A stretch of 63,077 bases of DNA, the filler included, from Craspedostauros australis (taxonomy: Eukaryota): NCBI GenBank assembly GCA_030167865.1. It is 7 parts of 7 records of this genome, joined end to end, with 100 filler letters (N's around TTAATTAATTAA, not from the genome) between each part and the next. Parts side by side here need not be neighbours in the genome. Positions count along the whole stretch, not along the records: positions 36,845 to 52,875 come from JALAGF010003067.1; 6 more parts are not named here. One strand, 5' to 3'. The position numbers were made by a program, and so were the translations under genes. The notes under the pieces were generated by a model that saw nothing but the letters and a program-made list of their open reading frames with translations, was not told the origin of the DNA and searched no databases. Shown here in pieces: positions 36,745-47,807 of the stretch (the stretch's first letter is position 1; the number at the start of each line of letters is the position of its first letter).

Positions 36745-38577
36745 NNNNNNNNNNNNNNNNNNNNNNNNNNNNNNNNNNNNNNNNNNNNTTAATTAATTAA
36801 NNNNNNNNNNNNNNNNNNNNNNNNNNNNNNNNNNNNNNNNNNNNACAGGGTTGTTTTTGGCATCCCTACACGTTCACGTCTACATTCACGGCAACAGCAA
36901 CACTTGCGAATACTCCACAGCATAATATGATATAATACAATGGAGCACAGTGACTCATCCTATGGCATGAGAAGTATACTATACTCTCCACAATATAATA
37001 GGATGTACATAATGCTTATCTTAACAATCCACAAATGACAACATGACAACCCTGAATGGGGTCACACAAGGAAAATGGTCGTGGAGAGAAATGGTGATGC
37101 ATGGAAGGAATCAATGGATTGACGGGCACTGATTTAGTCTTGGGGGCAGATTTTTATACGGGACTGACGTTAGTGACTTGAAATCGGGGTGAACGAGGCT
37201 GACCAGTTATGAAATTATGACCCTTACAACCACCTCCACTATGGCAATACATGTCCTCGTTCTGTGCAAGAGATCATGGTTGTACTTGCATAGAACTACG
37301 TGCATTGATGGAGGTGTCAGCCAACGTATCATACACAGACATGACCAGTAAAGCAATGCATGGGGGAACCAAGCAGCCACGCACAACGTCGCATGGCAAA
37401 AAGGATGGACAAAGGCGACCATGGCAAGAGATGGAGATGGAGACGATGATGACGACGAATGGGAAGTGGTGATGAGGAGCGATCGCAAACGTATCGCATC
37501 GATCGGTGACATCAGAAAGGAAGATATCAAGGCAATTTCATAGGTAAACAATCACATGAACAATCGCAGCACCAACAACGGTGCCATCAACAGTGGCAAA
37601 CGACGCCATGGTTCCGGGATAAGCCCTGGATTTGAGTGATCAGCAACAACGCCCACGCTGGATGCGCCGTCGGCAGCTGAGACTCAATACCTGCTGGACG
37701 AGTGCATTCATGAGATCGGACGCAACAACTTCTTCGGGACCTGTAGCACCAGCTGTTCGGAGATACTCCTTCTATTACGCCACCACTGAACGCATCATTG
37801 CCTCCAACGCCCACTCATGCTGAAGCTCAAAGCGATGCATTGCAGCCATAACTGCAAACGATGAGATGGAGGCACGGTGTCATCGGATCCACAAATTGGA
37901 GAAATGATCTGCCAAGGAATCAGCAACTTTTCCCATGGCTCGTCATCCTTGCCAGCCGCATTGGGGCCCATGTGGCAGCTGGCGTGCGCTTGCGCCTTGC
38001 GTGATACCATCCAAAAACGGCGGCAGCAACACCAACGAGCCGACAGTCGCGATACATACATCCTGCCCCGTCCAGTTGCAGTGGAGTACAACGATCCATG
38101 CATGATGCCAGCGGATACCACCATCCGTTCCCGCACAATTCCTTCTGCACAACCCCTTCCACATCATCGAAATCAACAAACGCGGAAAGCACTTGATTGA
38201 CCACGGCGACAGCAGCGGTGGCCAGATCATCGTCTTCATACCGCACTGCCCAACGATGCTGGATGGTACACCAACGTGCTGTTCACCAACCAGGATTATC
38301 TGCAACGCAGCGGCATGATCATCAGCAATGCATTGGCCAAAGAGCATACCTTGCGGCCCAGACAGCCAGGCTGTGCTGCGAACGATACGGTCGTGCGCAG
38401 AACAGCACACTGCGCGAGTCACCAAAGGCGAAATCCAAGACGTGCCGGGCGCACCATTGGACGTATCACTAATGGCTAGCTTACGAAATACGGTAGTGTA
38501 GTTACTTCTCTGATTACAGCCTATTCATTTCCTCAACTTCATGACACGCTCACTTCTCTGTCTACTGTTGTTGTGAT

Positions 38578-40095
38578 TCACTCCTCTTCTCCAGCAGCAG
38601 CGCCATCGGCCTCAGCCACCCTGGAAGGTGTGACGGACCGCACGAGGTTCACCAACGTTGCGCGATCCATGTATGAATCCACTTGCGCAGGACCCTCGTT
38701 TTCATCCACGATCTTGTACAAATCCATCATGGACATGGCACTGTACTTGTCATCAACTTCATTGCTTGCTACTCTCCCACTGCAGACGGCATGGATCTCT
38801 CCCATCAGTTGGGGATGTGGAATCAGCTTGCTGCAATCTTCACGAGCGAGTAAAGTCTTCATATTCGCAGCTGCCAGCCTCATTGCTGCATCCTTCAACA
38901 CCACGCAGTTGTGTTGATCAGCGAATATCAACGCATCTACCATAGTGTCCTCTGTGAGATGAGTGCGGGCCAACTCTGCTTCAAGAACAAGCTTGAGTCG
39001 CCAGAAGCCGAACTCGTTGGCCACAAGGATCAGCTGTTGTAGATCGTCCTGTCCATCGATGGTGGGAGTTGGCTGGTCAGCGCCATCATCATCGTCATGA
39101 GCGCCATCGCGGGTATCAGTATCGTTGTCCGGAGCGCTGCGATCGAAGGATATCTCACCTGTGTAGATGCATTCGAGGACACGTTGGACATGTTTGGCTT
39201 GAAGGTTGGGAAGAGGGATGAGCCTGCAGGGTGGGGCAGTGGCAGAATCAGTGCCGTCATCAGTGCCGTCCTCGACGTGCTGATGTTGGATTCCCGAGTC
39301 GATCAATGTCTGAATGGACGGAACAGTGACCATGAGGAGTCCGGAGTTTGCCTTGATTGGCTGTTGTTCGTCGCCTTGTCCGCACAGGAAGGTGATGTCT
39401 GCCTTGGTCTCAGAAGGAACAGCGCTGCGGCGATCTTGGTCGATGCTGATGTTGGTTGTTGTGTGGATTTTCGGATTGCTGTGCTTGGTTGGTGTTGTGA
39501 TGGTGTTTGTGTGGCTTTGCTTGTGCGCCTGCATCTTTGTTTGCAGCTGCGTCTGCAGTTGCAAGTTGCGTTGACTGAGATGACGGAGACGCGTCATGAT
39601 TGATCTCATGATTGATCTCATCATCTGGGCCTGATTGTGCGCTTCGATTACACCGACGGGTGTTTTGTTGTCGTTGTTTTGGATGTCGATATTGACCTTG
39701 CATGTTTCAATCAGGTACTTGACACACTCCAGGTGGCCTCCATGGCATGCTATATGAAGAGGAGTGTCGCCATGGTTGTTCTTGTAGTTGACATCGGCGT
39801 TGGTTGATTCAACAAGGTACCTGACCAACTGCGGATGGCCTCCATAGCATGCACGGTGAAGGGGAGTGTCGTCATCGTTGTTTTTGCGGTTGACATCGGC
39901 GTTGGTTGAGTCGATGAGGTACTTGACAAACTCCAAGCGCCCGTTGGCGCATGCCATATGAAGGAGAGTACGACCAAAGTTGTCTGTGGCCGTGTTGACA
40001 TCACGTCCTTCGTTCTGCTCCTTCCATTCCTTCAACACTGACAGATCACCTGCAGAAGCAGCATGAAGGAGTTGTTCGTCTGAGACATTTGACAT
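38578..40095 (-). CDS. Ankyrin-repeat (3 x 34 aa) - BTB/BACK protein, paralog of 9336-11513
   Basis: MSNVSDEQ start at 40095; BTB/BACK half nearly identical to the arm A copy; only three full repeats. Confidence 0.88.
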   Translation of the reverse strand: MSNVSDEQLLHAASAGDLSVLKEWKEQNEGRDVNTATDNFGRTLLHMACANGRLEFVKYLIDSTNADVNRKNNDDDTPLHRACYGGHPQLVRYLVESTNADVNYKNNHGDTPLHIACHGGHLECVKYLIETCKVNIDIQNNDNKTPVGVIEAHNQAQMMRSIMRSIMTRLRHLSQRNLQLQTQLQTKMQAHKQSHTNTITTPTKHSNPKIHTTTNISIDQDRRSAVPSETKADITFLCGQGDEQQPIKANSGLLMVTVPSIQTLIDSGIQHQHVEDGTDDGTDSATAPPCRLIPLPNLQAKHVQRVLECIYTGEISFDRSAPDNDTDTRDGAHDDDDGADQPTPTIDGQDDLQQLILVANEFGFWRLKLVLEAELARTHLTEDTMVDALIFADQHNCVVLKDAAMRLAAANMKTLLAREDCSKLIPHPQLMGEIHAVCSGRVASNEVDDKYSAMSMMDLYKIVDENEGPAQVDSYMDRATLVNLVRSVTPSRVAEADGAAAGEEE

Positions 40096-41989
40096 GTTGG
40101 TCGTTGGTCGTTGGTTGCTGAGCTGTTGGGAGAACAAACAATTGCTGGATGATTGCTCAATGTGTTCACGGTGCGAGTGGGTCTTATGATGACGATGCTG
40201 ACTGATGGTATGAGACCAAACTGCTGCAAGGAATAGCAAGGTTGTCGTTGTCTTGTTCGCACGTTCTGTTTCTCTGTTCCATGATCGCACTCTGGTTTGC
40301 TGTAAGATCTTTCTCGACATCGACCACAAACACACACACACAAACAACACGAAAGAAACACGAAAGAAACACGAAGAAGGAATTCATGCGATCGAACTCG
40401 GTTTTCTGTAGTCCATTGAGTCATTCGACAGAAGCTTCCCTGTTTGTGCCAAACTGTGCCGGATCGCAGGGCGTGCCTCCAACGGCGTGACTGTTGGGGC
40501 GAGCGACTTGGTCGCCATGACAGCTTTTCCATCACGCTCGTTTCCCCAGTCGTACACTTCCCACAGAACACCACACAAACACCATGATCTCCGACTACCA
40601 CAATAGCAATACCTGTCCTGGCACACCTCCTTCTGCAAATGCTGTCAAGATGATGAGCGCGGTCGCTGGTGCTTCAATTCCCCATCTGAACAAGTTCGGG
40701 TGGAGGATGCATGCCTTGTGCGAAAACGTGAAGCTTACGGATGGCAGAGCTGAGACTGGATCACGCAACGTGCTGGAGATGTGCGCGATGTCTCCGCGTT
40801 GATGCCAATGCTGCACATCTTTGATCCAATGATGCCTTTGGCCAAGTTGTTAAGCTGGAGCATTGCTCAAGACATGCACCCTGAGGTGAATTGGTCCTGA
40901 GATGCAAAAAACAATGGCTTGGCACCGATACATCATATGGTACCAATACATTGTGCCTGAAACGTATTGCTTTGAACACCTGAGTATTCGCAAATCCAAC
41001 CAATTGGTTGGACTGAAGCAAGCCTTGCACACTACAACAGCAGCAATCCAAGACAGTGGAGGAGTAGAGCCAGGTAAGCATGGTTTTGCTGTCAGCACAT
41101 ACATGATCACATCAGTGACACACTTCAATTGGCATCGCATGACATCCCCTTGGTTGCTCTCCTGCTTGCACACTGTCTCTTGTTCTCTCTTATTGCTCAC
41201 CTCGATCCCAATCGCGCACCAAATCCAGATCAAATGCCACCCACACCTGTCAAGTCAGATGTCATCGCAGCATTCACAAGCTCCATCAAGTGATCATTCA
41301 GAGTATCGTTAGACGCAGTGATGAGAGCACAAGTGTTGGAACTCCTCCGGGTATCGCAAAGGTGCCCTTCAGTTGCATCAAGCTTGACCAAAGCGCAATT
41401 GGTAAGGTGCATGGCATTTTCTTCACTCGTCGGGTCACCAGCTGCCCCACGGCTAGTCCGAACAATTGGGTGAACGCTCACATATTGCAAGGACCCAACA
41501 ATGCGATGACAACAAAAGCGCCAATAGTGACTCTGGCTGAGGTTCGATGCCGCTGATATTCCAAGCTTCTTGCTCACTCACAGTCACATCCATCCCATCT
41601 CGCTATCCACAACTGAACCAAATCATGAAGTGCAAGCTAGCAGTTGTATGATGGAGTGAATCACCTGCACAGCCTTCTATACCACATGCACACTTGCCAT
41701 GGTCTTTTCACTGCATGTGCATGGAAGTGTTGAGCCAATAAGTGACTTGGAATGTGCAACACAGCAGTGGACTGATTGCCATTTCCACTTTGCGCCATCA
41801 CCATTGCTCTAACGAAAGTAACTCTGATCACAAGTCAATCGCTTGCCACTGGGGCTACTTTGTGATGACTAAGCTAGTTGTCTGGAGTACTCAATTCCAT
41901 GGCACATTGCCTTCCATGGCTGCTGCTACAGTGTTCCGCTTTGCTCCTCTTTCACTTTCTTGACACCAGTCTCAGCTGTCCACAGGATG

Positions 41990-42409
41990 TGTTGGTGTAG
42001 TGCACAAAGTCCGCCAATGTGCCATGATGAATGTACAAATCAACTTTCCCAGTGCCCTTGTCTTCATCCATGACCTTGCACAACTCCATCATGGACATTG
42101 CAATGCACACATCATCAAATCTGTTGCTCATTGTTCCACCACAAAAGAGGGCATGAACGCCTCCCATCAGCTGAGGCTTCCGACACAACTTGCTGGAATC
42201 TCTGTGGGTAAACAACAAATGTGTGTCTTCAGCAACCATCCTCATTGTTGCTTGCCGTGCACACGTGTGGAATGAAGTGGAGTGCAACCCTGGCTGCTTT
42301 TCATCTTGTTGATATCATCTCTTTCATTCTGCTTCTTCCCTTTCTTCATTGCCAACAGATCGCCTGTGCTGACAGCAGCGAAGAGTTGCTTGTTTGCGAC
42401 ATCTGGCAT
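41990..42409 (-). pseudogene. Internally deleted ankyrin-BTB pseudogene (copy of 7014-7420)
   Basis: MPDVANKQLFAAVSTGDL...GCTPLH, then a frameshift to MRMVAEDTH...AMSMMELCKVMDEDKGTGKVD. Confidence 0.85.
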
Positions 42410-42430
42410 GTTGAGATGATGGTCGATAGC

Positions 42431-43137
42431 AGTTAGGATTCGTGTACTTTCGTAGACGAACCGGAGTAGGCCGTGTGGACTGCCGGCTTCAAACGAGGCC
42501 AATTCACGCAATTCACTGGGCTTGAGTGTTGTATGACCGTCAAGGCTTGTAACGATGAATAGAGTAGTAGTGTTTGTACTAATCCGAACATGTATAATAT
42601 GAGTTAGTAGTTGTAGGCAGGGTGAAGAAACGATGTTCTGGTATTGACACGGCTCTGCACTGACCCTCATGGTTCAGTGCTGAGAAGAGACTGTACTTTC
42701 CTCTGTGTCCTCCTCCCTTGGATCGCTGGCGATGTCATGCAGTGGGTCTTGTGGCTTCAGCGGATGTTGAAGGGATGGGAGCTGCACAGCCGGAGCCAGC
42801 AGATTGAACATCCGTCAGGATTCCATTGCTGAGGTTGAAGCAGCTTAGATTGCTCACGATATAGCTGGCATGGCCGGATGGCGTCGTGGCAGCAAAAGGG
42901 AATCCAGGTGAGGTCCATCTGACAGGATCTGAGGAGCATATAGTTCCCACATGCATTGGTAGGCTTTAGACGGACCGTAGCATGAGAATCGGGAATGATT
43001 CGTGACTGAAAAGAAGGGAGGGCAAGGAAGGTCTGTCCATTGTCGGGTTTGGACAATTGCCCGCCAAAAGCAATTTCAAGCGACAACACGGGATACCCTA
43101 AAAAGGAAAGTAGTCGGTTCTTAGTTGAACTTCAACT
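42431..43137. mobile_element. Solo LTR, 707 bp, AGTT...AACT termini, 5-bp TSD ATAGC
   Basis: ATAGC at 42426-42430 and 43138-43142. The empty site (cagctattgacc) is present in arm A at ~6991-7002. Confidence 0.8.
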
Positions 43138-44151
43138 ATAGCTGTCGAGGGGTTGCCAGGTGGGTGTTGGATGATTGGTTGAATGGTTGAATGGTTGGAT
43201 GTTGTATGGTATCACATGGTGCCTCTTGGCATTGTGTGCAGATGCCGATCATATGTGTCAATTCCACCCATGCAATTGTGCACCTTGAGTTTGTACCATG
43301 CCTTTGTAGAATACGACTGTTCCTGCAGTTCGAGCTACGATGTGACACTGTCTCAATTCCCTGGTTGCCTCGCTGCCCCTCTCTTTCTCTGGTTTCCCCA
43401 CCTTACTTCCTCTCTCTTTCTGTCTCTTTGTTTCTCTGTTGAGTTCGGTCCTTGTCCTTGATCCCTTCATGTTCATCCCTTCATCATGTCCTACGATCTA
43501 TGATATTCTATAATATTATATTATATTATAAAAGTGTTATAGAATACAATGGATAATAAAAACTATCCAATGTGTCTGCGAGCCACAGGCGCCAGAGCAC
43601 GTTGTCAACTACCATCCCGCTCCACGTCGTGTGTGCGTATCCGTTGCGCAACAACTCCTCACGGGTTAGCGGGAACGAGTCGTGGTGGGGGTCATTTGTG
43701 CTTCCACCAGCGCCGGTGAAGAATAAGGGTCTTGCTGGTTAGCATGTTTTCACAACCCGTGCTGCGCGATCGATTGTGAAGGAAAGCGAAACGTGATCGG
43801 CATTTGTGAATGACCACCGTTTCCGTCTCCCCACAACAGTCACAAAAGTCCACCCCGCCCAGCGAAAACGAAAACCCCTCACATCACTGTGCAGCGCGTA
43901 GTGTGGAGTACGTACGTGTATTCGTACCATCTATTCCGCAAGACACCGCAACTGCGCTTCGGCAACCGTGTGAGCAAACGACCAAATACCCTTCCTCAGA
44001 CCGTTCACAAAACCTGTCCACAACATTGGGAAGAGGAATTCAACAAAGACAACACACAAATCAGGACACACATCGGGACACACACATCAGGACACACACC
44101 GCAACCATCACGCCAATCCACATCGCCGCTCACCAATTTCCAATTACCAAC

Positions 44152-47100
44152 ATGATCAACATCAAGTCTGCTATCCCGACGATTGCCTTCTTCGCATTCT
44201 TGGCGACTGCAGAAGCCAACCTCCGCGGAGACAGATCGGTGGAAGCGATCGACCAATTCCGCATCGCAGCGCATGCCACTCGCACTCTCAAGGCGGGTCT
44301 CGATGCCGACGGCAACATTGTTGACGGTGGCGCGAAGACTTCAAAGACCACCAAGAACGGCAACCAAGAATCAGACCCACAGCAGTCTGCTTCTCCGACA
44401 GCCATGCCATCCTCTTTAACCACAGATTTGCCAACAGAAACATCAAGCAACCAACCAACATCGCAACCCGTGTTGCCACCGAATCCCATTCCGCCAGTCT
44501 CCGAAACTGACTTCGATTCCACTATCACAGTATTCTGCAAACCAGACGGAATGACAACTTTGACGCAAGAGGAAGCTCGTGCCAAGACCATCATGTGCGA
44601 TGCCACGCAGGAACCATGTCGTGAGGCCGTGCTCGCCGTGAGGAAGTCCACCGACTTGCAGAACTACTTCGCATGTGCGGGAAACTTGGGAGAAGGAGCG
44701 TCACGTAAGCTTTTTAATCGATACGCGAGAAATGCGGCCCTTGCCAAGCAACTTGCGCTGGTGGCCGAGGAAGGGGTGGTTCTCGTCACCGAACGATCCG
44801 ATGAGATGAAGGCCGCGTGCATGTCCATCGGTATGGATCAAACGACGCCCGTCGCCAACCCGTGCTGCCAGGGATCATCCGGATGCGCCTCGACGGCCGC
44901 TTCTTCTTCTTCTGCTGCTGCTGCTGCTGCTACGGCCGGGCCACTTCCGTTCATGACTGTTGCGATAACAGCATGCACCGGCGACAATGCGTGCAAAGAC
45001 ATGGGGCCCAATCCCCTCATCCTGGACTCTTCATGCACTGGCGTGAGCGCATGCGAGCTCATGAATCACAACGACGCCGATCCCACGGTTTGGGGCATCA
45101 CTTTCGTCGGCGAAATGTCCTGCACCACCACACGATCATGCGAAGGCGTAGGGCACCGATCCTACGGAGATGTGGCCATTCACAGCAACGCGTGTCTTGG
45201 GCCCGACGCATGCAACGCCGCTGGACGACGTCGCGATCAAGGAACAGCAGCGTTTCGCAGTCAGAGCCACGTCCACATTGGTTCCAAAGCGTGCGTTGGT
45301 AGCGACGCCTGCAAGGATACTCACTCTACCGTCAACCGTGGTCCTGCCGGCAAACACGCCGGGAGCTTGACGGTCGGCGAAGCCGCCTGCACAAATGACA
45401 GGGCATGCGAGAAGCTGGGGTTCAACGACGGGATGAAGACGGACATAATTGTCGCTGCTGGGGAATGCACTGGTGTTGCGAGCTGCAGGGGCTGCATGAC
45501 GAAGTCAGCATGCAGCCATGATGAGGTGTACATCATCAGCAACGCAGATGGGGCCTGTCCAAAGGGAGGCAGCGATAGCAACAACAATCCAACAGGAGAT
45601 AAGGTGGATGAGTATTGCATTGAAAAGGACACGCTGCCAACAGAAGGCCCCACATTCTATCCAACCCCATTTCCTACTCTTGAATCGTCAGCTCCGACCA
45701 GTGGCCCAACCAACCTACCGTCCCAAAGTCCGAGTTCGCCTCCTTCGGCGGTTCCCTCTTCTTCTCTGTCAAGACCGCCGTCTGGCATGCCGTCGGATAG
45801 TCCAAGTTCCCTACCTTCTGATATGCCTTCTCTCCTTCCGTCAGATCTACCATCAGCCCAACCATCTGATACCCCGTCCAATCTACCATCGGATAGTCCA
45901 AGTTCCCTACCTTCCGACTGGCCCTCTCTACTTCCATCAGATCTACCATCAGCCCAACCCTCTGCTATCCCGTCCAATCTACCGTCGGATGGTCCAAGTT
46001 CCCTACCTTCCGATATGCCTTCTCTCCTTCCGTCAGATCTGCCATCACACCAACCGTCAGATCTTCCCTCGACTGTACCGTCTAGCATGCCGTCCAGTCT
46101 ACCGTCGGCCCTTCCAAGCTCCATGCCTTCCGATATTCCCTCTCTACCTCCATCGCAGTCACCATCGCAGGTGCCATCTGATGCACCGTCCCAAGCTCCC
46201 ACAGGCCTCCCTGGGCTTCAGGTTGGATGCCTTGCCACTCCTGGAGACGTGACATCCACTTTCAATGTGATTACTGGCGAGGTGTTTTGTGACAATGGCG
46301 CGGGCCCATGCGCAACCTTCGTCTCCACCATTAATGGTCTGAGCAGCAGCAACGGGAACATGATCAAGAGTATCTTCGGGTGCAATGGCGGTGCAGCTCC
46401 AGGGACAGTAACCCTGGATGTGGCACAGAAACGCTTCGACACGATCAAGAACGATGCGAGCGCTATGGGGGCACTGGTGGAGGCAGCGTTGCAGAACATT
46501 CAGCTGTTCACTGGGAGTGCATCTGCCGTAACGACAGCCTGCGACACGAGATGTTGCACGACTGCTAGCAGTTGTTCCCTCAGCCCTTCTTCTGGTGTGA
46601 TGACAGTGAGTGCGGGATCCTGCACTGGTCTGAATGCCTGCAAGCAATTATTCCCTGACACCATCATCATCACTAGCTGCACAGGTAACAATTCATGCAG
46701 TTTCTTTGGCGGGTTCTCCGAAATCCTGCCAAATCCCAACGTCGAGATTGGGTACAGGGTAGTCGGGCCGGAAGCCTGTGCCAACGCTGGCGCTTGCACA
46801 AGCATTGGATTAAATATGTTCGGCAATGTGAGAGTCGAGAAAGGGGCATGTGACGGCGATAGTGGGTGCGCTCGTGTTGCCTCCCGTCCAACCCAAGGAA
46901 CCACGTTGTCACCAACCGTGGGGAATGTCTTCATTGGAGCATATGCATGCCAAGGGCGGTCTGCTTGCCAAAAAGTGCACTTCGGGGGTATGGGGTCACC
47001 AGGAAGTCTAACAATCGAGAAGGGTGCGTGTTTGGGACTGCGTGCATGCATCGTCATTGCCTCCGTGATGGATGCAGTGAACGACCTTGTCATCAGATCA

Positions 47101-47253
47101 GGAGTTTGTGATCTAAGCAAGCAGGAGAAATGCAATACGGGGTGCTTGATCGAAGATATGTGTGGCGGAGACTTCAGCTTGACATATGTCATCGACAACG
47201 CAGCCCAAGACTGCCCTGGACCAAACCCATCAGCTTGTGTTGCTCTACCTTAG
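44152..47253 (+). CDS. Secreted Cys-rich protein with central PSxxPS mucin-like spacer
   Basis: Signal peptide MINIKSAIPTIAFFAFLATAEA-NLRG. Two similar Cys-rich regions built of (A/S)CxGxxAC units flank a P/S tetrapeptide tract at ~45690-46205. Confidence 0.88.
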   Translation: MINIKSAIPTIAFFAFLATAEANLRGDRSVEAIDQFRIAAHATRTLKAGLDADGNIVDGGAKTSKTTKNGNQESDPQQSASPTAMPSSLTTDLPTETSSNQPTSQPVLPPNPIPPVSETDFDSTITVFCKPDGMTTLTQEEARAKTIMCDATQEPCREAVLAVRKSTDLQNYFACAGNLGEGASRKLFNRYARNAALAKQLALVAEEGVVLVTERSDEMKAACMSIGMDQTTPVANPCCQGSSGCASTAASSSSAAAAAATAGPLPFMTVAITACTGDNACKDMGPNPLILDSSCTGVSACELMNHNDADPTVWGITFVGEMSCTTTRSCEGVGHRSYGDVAIHSNACLGPDACNAAGRRRDQGTAAFRSQSHVHIGSKACVGSDACKDTHSTVNRGPAGKHAGSLTVGEAACTNDRACEKLGFNDGMKTDIIVAAGECTGVASCRGCMTKSACSHDEVYIISNADGACPKGGSDSNNNPTGDKVDEYCIEKDTLPTEGPTFYPTPFPTLESSAPTSGPTNLPSQSPSSPPSAVPSSSLSRPPSGMPSDSPSSLPSDMPSLLPSDLPSAQPSDTPSNLPSDSPSSLPSDWPSLLPSDLPSAQPSAIPSNLPSDGPSSLPSDMPSLLPSDLPSHQPSDLPSTVPSSMPSSLPSALPSSMPSDIPSLPPSQSPSQVPSDAPSQAPTGLPGLQVGCLATPGDVTSTFNVITGEVFCDNGAGPCATFVSTINGLSSSNGNMIKSIFGCNGGAAPGTVTLDVAQKRFDTIKNDASAMGALVEAALQNIQLFTGSASAVTTACDTRCCTTASSCSLSPSSGVMTVSAGSCTGLNACKQLFPDTIIITSCTGNNSCSFFGGFSEILPNPNVEIGYRVVGPEACANAGACTSIGLNMFGNVRVEKGACDGDSGCARVASRPTQGTTLSPTVGNVFIGAYACQGRSACQKVHFGGMGSPGSLTIEKGACLGLRACIVIASVMDAVNDLVIRSGVCDLSKQEKCNTGCLIEDMCGGDFSLTYVIDNAAQDCPGPNPSACVALP

Positions 47254-47807
47254 ACTGACAACAATACTCGTCTGTGCACAAGTAATAGTAAGATAGTGGC
47301 GAAATAGCCAAGTGATTCTCATACATTTTACATCAATTTTTGTCGGAGTCGTTCAACATGATTCATAGTGGCTGCGCATGGTACATTACATAATCGGATG
47401 GTAGTCGTACGGATACCACCCCCTTGGACTTCGATCATTGCTCGTACAAACGACGAATATCCGCTAGTAGTTCGTAGTATGATCAGTCCTTCGTCGGATT
47501 ATCCACGTTTCGGAAATCCCATCAAATGAGCGTTTGTCGTATCTTTTTGCGCAAAAGGATCCTCGCGGCTTTTCTCAACACACACAAGACAGCATGGTGC
47601 AAGATGAAACAAGCGCAGACCCACGCGGCGCCATAGCTCGCGCACCAGCAAGTGCAAAGGAAAGAACTGGATCCATCCTCCCTCCCGATCCCCAATGGCC
47701 CCGGTTTCCGCCCATGCTCTCTTCCACATCAATCCCATCGTCACTGCTATATCTCATACTCGGAGGTGTTCCCGCGAACTTCCGCACGCAAACAAACAAG
47801 CAAGCAA

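Larger units (their letters stand above)
38029..43235 (-). repeat. Arm B of the inverted duplication (partner 6900-12106)
   Basis: Reverse complement of arm A, with a shorter ankyrin array and a 707-bp insertion. Confidence 0.9.

Noticed and set aside
37030..38028. Fragmentary coding-like sequence adjacent to arm B
   Set aside because: Stops in all frames and no identifiable family
43500..43560. AT-rich tracts ending in AATGGA (also ~32690, ~36935, ~53105)
   Set aside because: Short and low complexity; probably 3'-end or intergenic sequence
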